A stretch of 64,000 bases of DNA from Eledone cirrhosa (Eukaryota), in NCBI GenBank assembly GCA_964016885.1, contig OZ024742.1:8804001-8868000 (forward strand), written 5' to 3'. A program made the position numbers and the translations under genes. Positions 49,968 through 63,700 of the stretch are shown here, in pieces; within the stretch, counting starts at the first letter, position 1; every line of letters starts with the position of its first letter. The notes under the pieces are model-generated. The model was not told the origin of the DNA. It saw nothing but the letters and a program-made list of their open reading frames with translations, and ran no database searches.

Positions 49968-52900
49968 ATTAGCTAAGGTGAAGAGAATACTAACTATAGA
50001 CAATAGGGTTTGCTAAGGTGAAGAGAATACTAACTATGGACAATAGGGTTTGCTAAGGTGAAGAGAGTACTAACTATGGACAATAGGGTTTGCTAAGGTG
50101 AAGAGAATACTAACTATAGACAATAGGGTTTGCTAAGGTGTAGAGAATACTAACTATAGACAATAGTGTTTGCTAAGGTGAAGAGAATACTAACTATGGA
50201 CAATAGGGTTTGCTAAGGTGAAGAGAATACTAACTATGGACAATAGGGTTTGCTAAGGTGAAGAGAATACTAACTATAGACAATAGGGTTTGCTAAGGTG
50301 AAGAGAATACTAACTATGGACAATAGGGTTTGCTAAGGTGAAGAGAATACTAACTATGGACAATAGGGTTTGCTAAGGTGAAGAGAATACTAACTATGGA
50401 CAATAGGGTTTGCTAAGGTGAAGAGAAGACTAACTATAGACAATAGGGTTTGCTAAGGTGAAGAGAATACTAACTATAGACAATAAGGTTTGCTAAGGTG
50501 AAGAGAATACTAACTATAGACAATAGGGTTTGCTAAGGTGAAGAGAATACTAACTATAGACAATAGGGTTTGCTAAGGTGAAGAGAATACTAACTATAGA
50601 CAATAGGGTTTGCTAAGGTGAAGAGAATACTAACTATAGACAATAGGGTTTGCTAAGGTGAAGAGAATACTAACTATAGACAATAGGGTTTGCTAAGGTG
50701 AAGAGAATACTAACTATAGACAATAGGGTTTGCTAAGGTGAAGAGAATACTAACTATGGACAATAGGGTTTGCTAAGGTGAAGAGAATACTAACTATAGA
50801 CAATAGGGTTTGCTAAGGTGAAGAGAATACTAACTATAGACAATAGGGTTATCTAAGGTGAAGAGAATACTAACTATGGACAATAGGGTTTGCTAAGATG
50901 AAGAGAATACTAACTATAGACAATAGGGTTTGCTAAGGTGAAGAGAATACTAACTATAGACAATAGGGTTTGCTAAGGTGAAGAGAATACTAACTATGGA
51001 CAATAGGGTTTGCTAAGGTGAAGAGAATACTAACTATAGACAATAGGGTTTGCTAAAGTGAAGAGAATACTAACTATAGACAATAGGGTTTGCTAAGGTG
51101 AAGAGAATACTAACTATGGACAATAGGGTGTGCTAAGGTGAAGAGAATACTAACTATGGACAATTGGGTTTGCTAAGGTGAAAATAATACTAACTATGGA
51201 CAATAGGGTTTGCTAAGGTGAAGAGAATACTAACTATAGACAATAGGGTTTGCTAAGGTGAAGAGAATACTAACTATAGACAATAGGGTTTGCTAAGGTG
51301 TAGAGAATACTAACTATAGACAATAGGGTTTGCTAAGGTGAAGAGAATACTAACTATGGACAATAGGGTTTGCTAAGGTGAAGAGAATACTAACTATGGA
51401 CAATAGGGTTTGCTAAGGTGAAGAGAATACTAACTATAGACAATAGGGTTTGCTAAGGTGAAGAGAATACTAACTATGGACAATAGGGTTTGCTAAGGTG
51501 TAGAGAATACTAACTATAGACAATAGGGTTTGCTAAGGTGAAGAGAATACTAACTATAGACAATAGGGTTTGCTAAGGTGAAGAGAATACTAACTATAGA
51601 CAATAGGGTTTGCTAAGGTGAAGAGAATACTAACTATAGACAATAGGGTTTGCTAAGGTGAAGACAATACTAACTATGGACAATAGGGTTTGCTAAGGTG
51701 AAGAGAATACTAACTATAGACAATAGGGTTTGCTAAGGTGAAGAGAATACTAACTATAGACAATAGGGTTTGCTAAGGTGAAGAGAATACTAACTATGGA
51801 CAATAGGGTTTGCTAAGGTGAAGAGAATACTAACTATAGACAAGAGGGTTTGCTAAGGTGAAGAGAATACTAACTATAGACAATAGGGTTATCTAAGGTG
51901 AAGAGAATACTAACTATGGACAATAGGGTTTGCTAAGGTGAAGAGAATACTAACTATAGACAATAGGGTTTGCTAAGGTGAAGAGAATACTAACTATAGA
52001 CAATAGGGTTTGCTAAGGTGAAGAGAATACTAACTATACACAATAGGGTTTGCTAAGGTGAAGAGAATACTAACTATGGACAATAGGGTTTGCTAAGGTG
52101 AAGAGAATACTAACTATAGACAATAGGGTTTGCTAAGGTGAAGAGAATACTAACTATGGACAATAGGGTTTGCTAAGGTGAAGAGAATACTAACTATAGA
52201 CAATAGTGTTTGCTAAGGTGAAGAGAATACTAACTATGGACAATAGGGTTTGCTAAGGTGTAGAGAATACTAACTATAGACAATAGGGTTTGCTAAGGTG
52301 AAGAGAATACTAACTATAGACAATAGGGTTTGCTAAGGTGAAGAGAATACTAACTATAGACAATAGGGTTTGCTAAGGTGAAGAGAATACTAACTATAGA
52401 CAATAGGGTTTGCTAAGGTGAAGACAATACTAACTATGGACAATAGGGTTTGCTAAGGTGAAGAGAATACTAACTATAGACAAGGGTTTGCTAAGGTGAA
52501 GAGAATACTAACTATAGACAATAGGGTTTGCTAAGGTGAAGAGAATACTAACTATGGACAATAGGGTTTGCTAAGGTGAAGAGAATACTAACTATAGACA
52601 AGAGGGTTTGCTAAGGTGAAGAGAATACTAACTATAGACAATAGGGTTATCTAAGGTGAAGAGAATACTAACTATGGACAATAGGGTTTGCTAAGGTGAA
52701 GAGAATACTAACTATAGACAATAGGGTTTGCTAAGGTGAAGAGAATACTAACTATGGACAATAGGGTTTGCTAAGGTGAAGAGAATACTAACTATGGACA
52801 ATAGGGTTTGCTAAGGTGAAGAGAATACTAACTATAGACAATAGGGTTTGCTAAGGTGAAGAGAATACTAACTATAGACAATAGGGTTTGCTAAGGTGAA

Positions 52901-54852
52901 GAGAATACTAACTATACACAATAGGGTTTGCTAAGGTGAAGAGAATACTAACTATGGACAATAGGGTTTGCTAAGGTGAAGAGAATACTAACTATAGACA
53001 ATAGGGTTTGCTAAGGTGAAGAGAATACTAACTATACACAATAGGGTTTGCTCAGGTGAAGAGAATACTAACTATGGACAATAGGGTTTGCTAAGGTGAA
53101 GAGAATACTAACTATAGACAATAGGGTTTGCTAAGGTGAAGAGAATACTAACTATAGACAATAGAGTTTGCTAAGGTGAAAAGAATACTAACTATAGACA
53201 ATAGGGTTTGCTAAGGTGAAGAGAATACTAACTATAGACAATAGGGTTTGCTAAGGTGAAGAGAATACTAACTATGGACAATAGGGTTTGCTAAGGTGAA
53301 GAGAATACTAACTATAGACAATAGGGTTTGCTAAGGTGAAGAGAATACTAACTATAGACAATAGGGTTTGCTAAGGTGAAGAGAATACTAACTATAGACA
53401 ATAGGGCTTGCTAAGGTGAAGAGAATACTAACTATGGACAATAGGGTTTGCTAAGGTGAAGAGAATACTAACTATAGACAATAGGGTTTGCTAAGGTGAA
53501 GAGAATACTAACTATAGACAATAGGGTTATCTAAGGTGAAGAGAATACTAACTATGGACAATAGGGTTTGCTAAGGTGAAGAGAATACTAACTATAGACA
53601 ATAGGGTTTGCTAAGGTGAAGAGAATACTAACTATAGACAATAGGGTTTGCTAAGGTGAAGAGAATACTAACTATGGACAATAGGGTTTGCTAAGGTGAA
53701 GAGAATACTAACTATAGACAATAGGGTTTGCTAAAGTGAAGAGAATACTCACTATAGACAATAGGGTTTGCTAAGGTGAAGAGAATACTAACTATGGACA
53801 ATAGGGTTTGCTAAGGTGAAGAGAATACTAACTATGGACCATTGGGTTTGCTAAGGTGAAAATAATACTAACTATGGACAATAGGGTTTGCTAAGGTGAA
53901 GAGAATACTAACTATGGACAATAGGGTTTGCTAAGGTGAAGAGAATACTTACTATGGACAATAGGGTTTGCTAAGGTGTAGAGAATACTAACTATAGACA
54001 ATAGGGTTTGCTAAGGTGAAGAGAATACTAACTATAGACAATAGGGTTTGCTAAGGTGAAGAGAATACTAACTATAGACAATAGGGTTTGCTAAGGTGAA
54101 GAGAATACTAACTATAGACAATAGGGTTTGCTAAGGTGAAGAGAATACTAACTATGGACAATAGGGTTTGCTAAGGTGAAGAGAATACTAACTATAGACA
54201 ATAGGGTTTGCTAAGGTGAAGAGAATACTAACTATAGACAATAGGGTTTGCTAAGGTGAAGAGAATACTAACTATAGACAATAGGGTTTGCTAAGGTGAA
54301 GAGAATACTAACTATACACAATAGGGTTTGCTAAGGTGAAGAGAATACTAACTATGGGCAATAGGGTTTGCTATGGTGAAGAGAATACTAACTATAGACA
54401 ATAGGGTTTGCTAAGGTGAAGAGAATACTAACTATAGACAATAGGGTTTGCTAAGGTGAAGAGAATACTAACTATAGACAATAGGGTTTGCTAAGGTGAA
54501 GAGAATACTAACTATAGACAATAGGGTTTGCTAAGGTGAAGAGAATACTAACTATGGACAATAGGGTTTGCTAAGGTGTAGAGAATACTAACTATAGACA
54601 ATAGGTTTTGCTAAGGTGAAGAGAATACGAACTATAGACAATAGGGTTTGCTAAGGTGAAGAGAATACTAACTATAGACAATAGGGTTTGCTAAGGTGAA
54701 GAGAATACTAACTATAGACAATAGGGTTTGCTAAGGTGAAGAGAATACTAACTATAGACAATAGGATTTGCTAAGGTGAAGAGAATACTAACTATAGACA
54801 ATAGGATTTGCTAAGGTGAAGGGAATACTAACTATGGACAATAGGGTTTGCC
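49968..54852. repeat. 40-bp satellite array, about 122 units
   Basis: Unit TGCTAAGGTGAAGAGAATACTAACTAT(A/G)GACAATAGGGTT; highly homogeneous, with one 2-bp deletion near 52483. Confidence 0.98.
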
Positions 54853-55069
54853 AGGCTTAATTTAAGAATAAATCAAGAAAATAAATACAAACCAGAATTG
54901 TGGTAACTACCAATCCCTCGGACAGTTTTGATAATACTGTTTCGCAATATTGAATGTAAAGAGGAATACCAAATCCTTGCTTATCAGCGGGTGAAGAATT
55001 ACTTCCTAGATGTAATTTATTGTAAGAGAATATTTTCAGTTTCTAACTCAATATATGCCTTTGATATAT

Positions 55070-55817
55070 ATCTCTTCCGACCAACCCAACCACGGACTAC
55101 ACTCATTGGACATCGCTCCCACGAATCAACTCCATCACAAGGAAATTACCTGGCATCCCACCACATCCTCTACGGAATGACCTTAGGAACTCACCCACGG
55201 ACATACAGTAAAAAAAAAATTTTCCCACACGCCACCTACATCCACAATACGTATAAACACCACACACACGTGCGTACCACCACATATTTACACACTCAGT
55301 CTCCGGAATCCTCTCCTCCCCTTCCCCACCCCATCTGACCCCTCCCCATCCATACACACACACACACACCGACGTGAACCCCACTCCACACACACCTTTT
55401 CCTGAACATGCAACCCCGTTCTTCCCGCAACTCTCACATTCACATACACACACACACACGTACACCTACACACACCACCTTCAGCCCTCCTCGCTCGACA
55501 CCTCGCCTCCCTCTCCCCACTCCACCCGCCACCACCCCTACACGCCCCACACTCTTCCACCACTTGTTTTACTTCATGTTTATTTTTATTATGCTTTTAT
55601 ATTTATTTTCATTTGTACCGTTTTCTCTCACCCTCGTTTTTCTAAATGTCTCTCCCCCACTCCCCTACACACCCTTGGAACTCTCTTCCCACACAGTTTC
55701 GCCTGAAGAAGGGCTTATGCCCGAAACGTCGTTCCCCACAACCACCCCACTCTCAAGAGCGTGAAACTAATAAACCATTGTTCGTGCTGCGTCTCTGTTT
55801 TGTTCCCGTTCAATTTT

Positions 55818-55820
<3 letters not shown>
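55070..55820 (+). mobile_element. Second copy of the repeat at 48302-49045
   Basis: Reverse-complement similarity; CTGAAGAAGGGCTTATGCCCGAAACGTC at 55703-55730; AATAAA then (TA)n. Confidence 0.6.
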
Positions 55821-55868
<48 letters not shown>

Positions 55869-56198
55869 CGAGGTTTCCCAAGTATAACAATATATATATA
55901 TATAAGTATGTATACGTACATACATATATGTATACAGACGTACAGTAGTATGTATATACATACATGCACACACATATATATGTACGTATGGATTCACCGA
56001 ACATTTATTATAATGCTCGGTGTGTTTGTAAACAAACATCCCGAATTAAGCCGTAGTGTATATATATATATATATTTTTTTTAAATTGAGTTTGAATTAT
56101 TTTCCCACATCTTACGTTAATTATTTTCCATTTGGACGTAATAATCACTTATATATTATGAAATACTGTTGGCTTCTAGCTCACATCAATTTCTATAT

Positions 56199-56271
<73 letters not shown>

Positions 56272-56596
56272 GATGAGGTTTATTTACGAAATGGAAAAAA
56301 AAACCATGTGTCCTACACGAGAGAAAGTATAAGGAAAAAAGATGAATTGGAAAATGCAACTGGAGTCTTTTAAAAAAACACATTTATTTGGTTCCTTTAC
56401 CGGTTCTTGTGCTTTTCAAAAGTAGAATTGAGATGGAGGGTTTGTGGCTTTTCTCACAAATATATATATATGAGAAAGTATGACCCGACGGCAGAGGTCA
56501 AGCCGTTTCGACGTCTATTTCTGGTGCGTTATTGTCCATTTGTACAACTCTTCCGTTATATATCTACATATATCTAGCTATCTATCTATATAATAT

Positions 56597-56636
<40 letters not shown>

Positions 56637-56648
56637 TTGTGTATGTCT

Positions 56649-57404
56649 GTGTGTGTGTGTGTGTAAGGACGATGGTTTGAGAGACTCGTTATAGCAGGTA
56701 TGGGCATGATTTTTCTGTCAGTGGACTGTATAAAAGATGAGTCATTATAAGGCGGGACACTAGCAAAACGACATATTTGAAGTTAAGTGTGTCAAACAAA
56801 GCGCAGTCTTAACATCTCTACACTACAACATTTCATAGACTGTTTCACAATATTCTCTCGGGTTCTCTTCGCTTTCAGTTCAAATCCAACCAAGGACATA
56901 TATCATCCTTCCAAGGTTGATAAAACAATGTATCACATTGATATAATTGATATAATATGAAAAATTATGGAAGTTGATATATTCGACATCTGTTGGCCTT
57001 GTGCCAGAATGGTAAACTACTATATATCTGTGTTATGGCGGTGGATTGGTAGAATCGGTAGAGCGACACACAAACATAATTACTAACCATCCACATAGTC
57101 ATAAGCTGGCAGAAGCACATATCTAAACATGAGCTGATATATAAACACATCTAAACATGAGCTGATATAAACACATATCTAAACATGAGCTGATATAAAC
57201 ACATATCTAAACATGAGCTGAGAGAAACACATATCTGAACATGAGCTGAGAGAAACACATATCTAAACATGAGCTGAGAGAAACACATATCTACACATGA
57301 GCTGATATAAACACATATCTAAACATGAGCTGAGAGAAACACATATCTAAACATGAGCTGATATAAACACATATCTAAACATGAGCTGAGAGAAACACAT
57401 ATCT
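56649..57404. repeat. Duplicated block A (other copy from ~60069), containing a degenerate SINE, a SINE head and a short 28-bp array
   Basis: Near-identical sequence at offset ~3419; 28-bp units at ~57110-57404. Confidence 0.92.
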
Positions 57405-60053
57405 TTAGCAGTTATTAATTGTAGAGTAGTCGCCACTTTAGCGGGTTGGTAGAATCAGTGGTCGTTAGTTGCCAGTGTGGTAAGTGATAGTATCCTCGTT
57501 GGATTATCTTGTTGACATAGACGTGAGGGAAGGTCCCTCGATCTATTTACCATCTATTTACAATATTCCTTTCGTCAGGTCGCCAATTCCAGCAGCATGG
57601 ATTAAAGATGTTATTGAGACACGAGTAACATAACAACGACTTCAACCGCAGTAATTAGAGATGAAATGTTTGTTTATTTATATGGTTGAAGTTACAGATA
57701 AAAAGAGGTTACAAAAGGGAATGTGTCATTGCGCCGTTAAACCGGCGAGGCTAGGGGTGCAATATCTCACCGCTACATTATGCGTGTTGCTGGCTCGAAG
57801 TTTCTGGTACAAGAGCGAGATTCTTCAAATCTTCGCGGGGAATTTCTTCCTCAGGGCGCGTAGGGATACATCCTCTTCTACTGGCGCTGATTGGCTGAAC
57901 TGAGCCAAATCACGCACAGAGAATGTATGTGAGCCCTCCAACCAGATTTTCAGCCGAAAATCGATAACGAAGAAACCAAGGATCCACATATTATTAAATC
58001 AGCAAGAACAAATGCTGAAAGAGCACATCAGTGAAAAAATAATTAATCAGAAGGTTGCATGCAAGAACAAAAAATGAGGCGCTACGGGCCGTGTTGAGCC
58101 GCTGTGTCAAATGATCAGTTGTTTTGTTGTTTATACGTGACCGCCAAAGGTCTAACAAAAAACGGATAAAGTCTGACATGGGCGAGGTTGCTGTTCTTGC
58201 ATTAAATGTTAATGGTAAGCGTTGTACCAGTAGCTGTGAACGAAGCTATTATGGTAGTTTACCAGTGCTGGCGAGAAAATGATGGCCCCCAGATGTATTG
58301 TCGAATGTGCTGTGGAGCCAGGAAAAAATGGCTGGTTGCTTTGTAAAGAACAAAAGGCAAGTTTAATCTGTAGGTGGGTTGCAGTGTAAATTCCATAATT
58401 CGGGCGAATCCACAGAAGTGGCCGAAATGCTAACAAGTCCAGTTCAATTTGTTGCTTTCCCAGCGAGTCGGGCAAAAACAACAAGACGGATGGCCGTCAT
58501 GGACGATCAGTGTGCAACGAGATGCGAAGCTGTTTGAGTTCAGCTGCAATGTATTCTCGTGTTGCGGTGCCTGTTTGAATCCAGTGGATTAAGCTCTGTG
58601 AGCTGCTAACATGTGACAGCATCTCAACCAGGTGAAAAGGGACTCGCAGTATATTACGTTTGAAGAACATATACCAAGAACAACATGTTGGTGTGTGATA
58701 AAAAAAATGTGTGCATATGCAGGCATGTAAAACAGCAAAGAATGTGAATGAACAAAAACCATGAGCAAGCAAATAGCAAAAGAGCACAAAACAAGTAAAT
58801 GCATTCTACAAAGAAATATGTGAATGTAACAAACTGATAATTCAAAGTCAATCTAGGGGAGCAGAGAAATTGCTCAATAAGTTCAAAGTTTTTCAAAGTC
58901 AAATAGTTCACACATCACCAGTGTACAGACACTAGTTCTATCTGAAAACTGAAAAAGAAGTTTGTTAATGCCGTTAGGGGTTAGATGTATGGTGTTTTTG
59001 TGAGATTTCGTGGCCATTTTCCCGTCCCGCCACACGGTTGTGTTGCTTCTTGTTAAAGCAAAGTCAAAGAATCTTCTGTAGATTAGGAGTCACCGAATAT
59101 GGCAGTCACGTCTGACGCCATAATGGTGAGAAAACTACTGTCTCAATTTCTCGCGTCCTTGTGGTAACGAGACAGAAGGTATGGTGGTTGCGTCGGTAAA
59201 GTTACAAGCCGTTTTGAAATTTTCGATGTGTGGTGGTTGGCGTCGGTAAGGTTATGAAGCTGCCACTCACTGTTCCCTGTATTGGTCAATGGTTAAACAA
59301 CGCTGTCGCTGCTGCTGTCATTGTTGTTGTCAAGCGTAGCCATGACATGTAGGTAGCCATCTTGAAATTTTTTCGTGGCGAAAAAGTTTTTGAAATACTG
59401 CTAATTTTTCAAAAATCTTAAAAGGAATATTCTGGATTTTCGCAAGTTGCGACGTGGCAATAAAAGTTAAACTGAATGAATAAGAAGGGCTGCGTGATAT
59501 TCTTACGTCGGGGTCACCACTTTAGCAATTATTAGTTGTAGAGTAGTCGCCACTTTAGCGGGGTGGTAGAATCAGTGGTCGTTAGTTGCCAGTGTGGTAA
59601 GTGATAGTATCCTCGTTGGATTATCTTGTTGACATAGACGTGAGGGAAGATCCCTCGATCTATTTACCATCTATTTACAATATTCCTTTCGTCAGGTCGC
59701 CAATTCCAGCAGCATGGATTAAAGATGTTATTGAGACACGAGTAACATAACAACGACTTCAACCGCAGTAATTAGAGATGAAATGTTTGTTTATTTATAT
59801 GGTTGAAGTTACAGATAAAAAGAGGTTACAAAAGGGAATGTGTCATTGCGCCGTTAAACCGGCGAGGCTAGGGGTGCAATATCTCACCGCTACATTATGC
59901 GTGTTGCTGGCTCGAAGTTTCTGGTAAAAGAGCGAGATTCTTCAAATTTTCGCGGGGAATTTCTTCCTCAGGGCGCGTAGGGATACATCCTCTTCTACTG
60001 GCGCTGATTGGCTGAACTGAGCCAAATAACGCACAGAGAATGTATGTGAGCCC
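57405..60053 (-). mobile_element. Small non-autonomous LTR retroelement (Gypsy, possibly CsRn1-like)
   Basis: ~530-bp near-identical direct repeats (57405-57935, 59521-60053). Minus-strand TGGTGACCCCGACGT at 59505-59519, next to the right repeat, complements the tRNA-Trp 3' end. AATAAA in the repeat on the minus strand. TG..CA ends and PPT are not clear. Confidence 0.72.
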
Positions 60054-60529
60054 GCGGAATGTAGGTCTTGTGTGTGTGTGTGTAAGGACGATGGTTTGAG
60101 AGACTCGTTATAGCAGGTATGGGCATGATTTTTCTGTCAGTGGACTGTATAAAAGATGAGACATTATAAGGCGGGACACTAGCAAAACGACATATTTGAA
60201 GTTAAGTGTGTCAAACAAAGCGCAGTCTTAACATCTCTACACTACAACATTTCATAGACTGTTTCACAATATTCTCTCGGGTTCTCTTCGCATTCAGTTC
60301 AAATCCAACCAAGGACATATATCATCCTTCCAAGGTTGATAAAACAATGTATCACATTGATATAATTGATATAATATGAAAAATTATGGAAGTTGATATA
60401 TTCGACATCTGTTGGCCTTGTGCCAGAATGGTAAACTACTATATATCTGTGTTATGGCGGTGGATTGGTAGAATCGGTAGAGCGACACACAAACATAATT
60501 ACTAACCATCCACATAGTCATAAGCTGGC

Positions 60530-62170
60530 AGAAGCACATATCTAAACATGAGCTGATATATAAACATATCTAAACATGAGCTGATATAAACACATATCTA
60601 AACATGAGCTGATATAAACACATATCTAAACATGAGCTGAGAGAAACACATATCTGAACATGAGCTGAGAGAAACACATATCTAAACATGAGCTGAGAGA
60701 AACACATATCTACACATGAGCTGATATAAACACATATCTAAACATGAGCTGAGAGAAACACATATCTAAACATGAGCTGATATAAACACATATCTAAACA
60801 TGAGCTGACAGAAACACATATCTAAACATGAGCTGATATAAACACATATCTAAACATGAGCTGATATAAACACATATCTAAACATGAGCTGAGAGAAACA
60901 CATATCTAAACATGAGCTGATATAAACACATATCTAAACATGAGCTGAGAGAAACACATATCTAAACATGAGCTGAGAGAAACACATATCTGAACATGAG
61001 CTGATATAAACACATATCTAAACATGAGCTGAGAGAAACACATATCTAAACATGAGCTGATATAAACACATATCTAAACATGAGCTGAGAGAAACACATA
61101 TCTGAACATGAGCTGAGAGAAACACATATCTAAACATGAGCTGAGAGAAACACATATCTACACATGAGCTGATATAAACACATATCTAAACATGAGCTGA
61201 TATAAACACATAACTAAACATGAGCTGAGAGAAACATATATCTAAACATGAGCAGATATAAACACATATCTAAACATGAGCTGAGAGAAACACATATCTA
61301 AACATGAGCTGATATAAACATATATCTAAACATGAGCTGAGAGAAACACGTATCTAAACATGAGCTGATATAAACACATATCTAAACATGAGCTGACAGA
61401 AACACATATCTAAACATGAGCTGATATATACACATATCTAAACATGAGCTGATATAAACACATATCTAAACATGAGCTGATATATACACATATCTAAACA
61501 TGAGCTGATATAAACACATATCTAAACATGAGCTGAGATAAACACATATCTAAACATGAGCTGAGAGAAACACATATCTAAACATGAGCTGATATATACA
61601 CATATCTAAACATGAGCTGATATAAACACATATCTAAACATGAGCTGAGATAAACACATATCTAAACATGAGCTGAGAGAAACACATATCTAAACATGAG
61701 CTGATATAAACACATATCTGAACATGAGCTGAGAGAAACACATATCTAGACATGAGCTGATACATACACATATCTAAACATGAGCTGATATAAACACATA
61801 TCTACACATGAGCTGATATAAACACATATCTACACATGAGCTGACAGAAACACATATCTAAACATGAGCTGAGAGAAACACATATCTAAACATGAGCTGA
61901 TATAAACACATATCTAGACATGAGCTGATACATACACATATCTAAACATGAGCTGATATAAACACATATCTAAACATGAGCTGATATAAACACATATCTA
62001 AACATGAGCTGACAGAAACACATATCTAAACATGAGCTGATATATACACATATCTTAACATGAGCTGACAGAAACACATATCTAAACATGAGCTGATATA
62101 TACACATATCTTAACATGAGCTGACAGAAACACATATCTAAACATGAGCTGATATATACACATATCTACA
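60530..62170. repeat. 28-bp minisatellite, about 58 units
   Basis: Unit AAACATGAGCTGA(TAT/GAG)AAACACATATCT; degenerate relatives at ~62470-62610 and 63705-63980. Confidence 0.97.
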
Positions 62171-62486
62171 CAAACGTTTACGTAAACACCCCTGACCATA
62201 TCCCTATTCACTGCTATCGTAGCTGAGTTGACTGCTCGCAGGTGCGAGCCCGACGAGTTGGGTCGTTGTTCTAGCGTGTCTACTTCACCATCCTCCGGGG
62301 CAATATAGTCTCCATTTTGTCGACCGGAACTCTGAAGCGAGGGTAAGTTAGTTGGAAGTGGAGGATACTCGTTCAGACGTCACATTCTCTCTATTTCCTT
62401 AAAATTCTACGACTCACCACTACATTACTATATATTGTATCTTATTATATTCTGGCTTCTGCAACACATATTCATAAGCCGATATA

Positions 62487-62572
<86 letters not shown>

Positions 62573-62612
62573 TATATATATACATAAGCCGACATAAACA
62601 TATATACACATA

Positions 62613-63179
62613 TCTATATATATATATAAAGCTGCAGTTTTCCGTATGTGGACAATTTTGAATGAGGGCTCATACATTCTAAACCATTCATGCGATTTCT
62701 TTGACATTTTTTACAGAGCTTCTCCTTGCACAAAACATGTACATGATTTACAAAGGCTTTCAAAAATCGATATTGGGGCCTTTGGAGACATTAAAAAACT
62801 TTCGTTTTTTTGTGTCAATTTTTGTGATTAAGCTCGGTGTCATCCGTTATCGCATCTTTCGTCAATACAATAAGAACTCATTTTTTATGTTGTCAAACAT
62901 TTTGTTTTGCGATTTTGATTATTACAATTCGACTCATTCGGATTTTACTTTACTCTTTGTACTTAAAAAAAAATTAATACCTAGACTGGATTTCTGTTGT
63001 TACATGCGATAACGGATGACACCGAGCTCACATATTAATTATTTCGCTGGAATAGTGCCTAAGGTTTTCATGTTTACATAAAGTACGTTTCCTTCTATGT
63101 ATTCAAATTTACTTTGTTTAGTTTAATGAGCTACATCGAAAGCTACTTGAACCGTCCAAAGGACGGGTAATTTAGCTAG
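62613..63179 (+). mobile_element. Non-autonomous Helitron 1
   Basis: 5' A|TCTATATATAT..AAAG; 3' hairpin CCGTCC-AAA-GGACGG followed 9 nt later by CTAG|T. Confidence 0.75.
62831..63028. mobile_element. 198-bp MITE-like segment with 25-bp perfect inverted repeats inside Helitron 1
   Basis: AGCTCGGTGTCATCCGTTATCGCAT / ATGCGATAACGGATGACACCGAGCT; no clear TSD. Confidence 0.65.
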
Positions 63180-63183
63180 TTTA

Positions 63184-63700
63184 TCTATATATATAAAACT
63201 GAGGATGTCTGTCTGTGTGTGTGTCTGAGTTTGAATCCCTAAAACTCGAGAAGCACCCAACCGACTGTTTTTAATCTTTTCACATACAATACTTATGTTT
63301 CTGGGAGTGTTCTGAGCAAAAAGAAAATCAAATGTTCAATGCACTAGGGACCGCATTAGGCGATTTAGCGATCTCTCTATATAATTCTTAGTTTTTCTCT
63401 TTTTAGATAGATACATACATATAACGTCGCGCCCTTATAATATATGTCTGTATGTCTGGCTGTCTGCTGCCTCCGGTTATTCTCCCATTCTTGCTCAAGA
63501 CAAATCTCACACTCATTCCCCAAACAGTTCGTAAGTGCACACAACTTCTTTCTCACCTTTTAAGCCACAGTGTTGCTTACTTACGTACCACCAGACCCTT
63601 ACTTCTTTGCCATCCGTGGTTGTGGCAATACTAAGCTTAGCTAAGGCGGTTATATATTTCACAATACTTTATCCCGTGCAACGCCGGGTACCATTGCTAT
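63184..63700 (+). mobile_element. Non-autonomous Helitron 2
   Basis: 5' A|TCTATATATATAAAACTGAGGATGTCTGTCTGTGTG; 3' hairpin CCCGTGCAACGCCGGG then degenerate CTAT(AG). Confidence 0.7.

Noticed and set aside
49968-54852. CRISPR-like or telomeric array (contains TAGGGTT)
   Set aside because: No unique spacers, no cas genes, eukaryotic context, and no tandem TTAGGG.
59505-59519. tRNA-Trp gene
   Set aside because: Only the 3'-terminal 15 nt including CCA match, which fits a primer-binding site rather than a tRNA gene.
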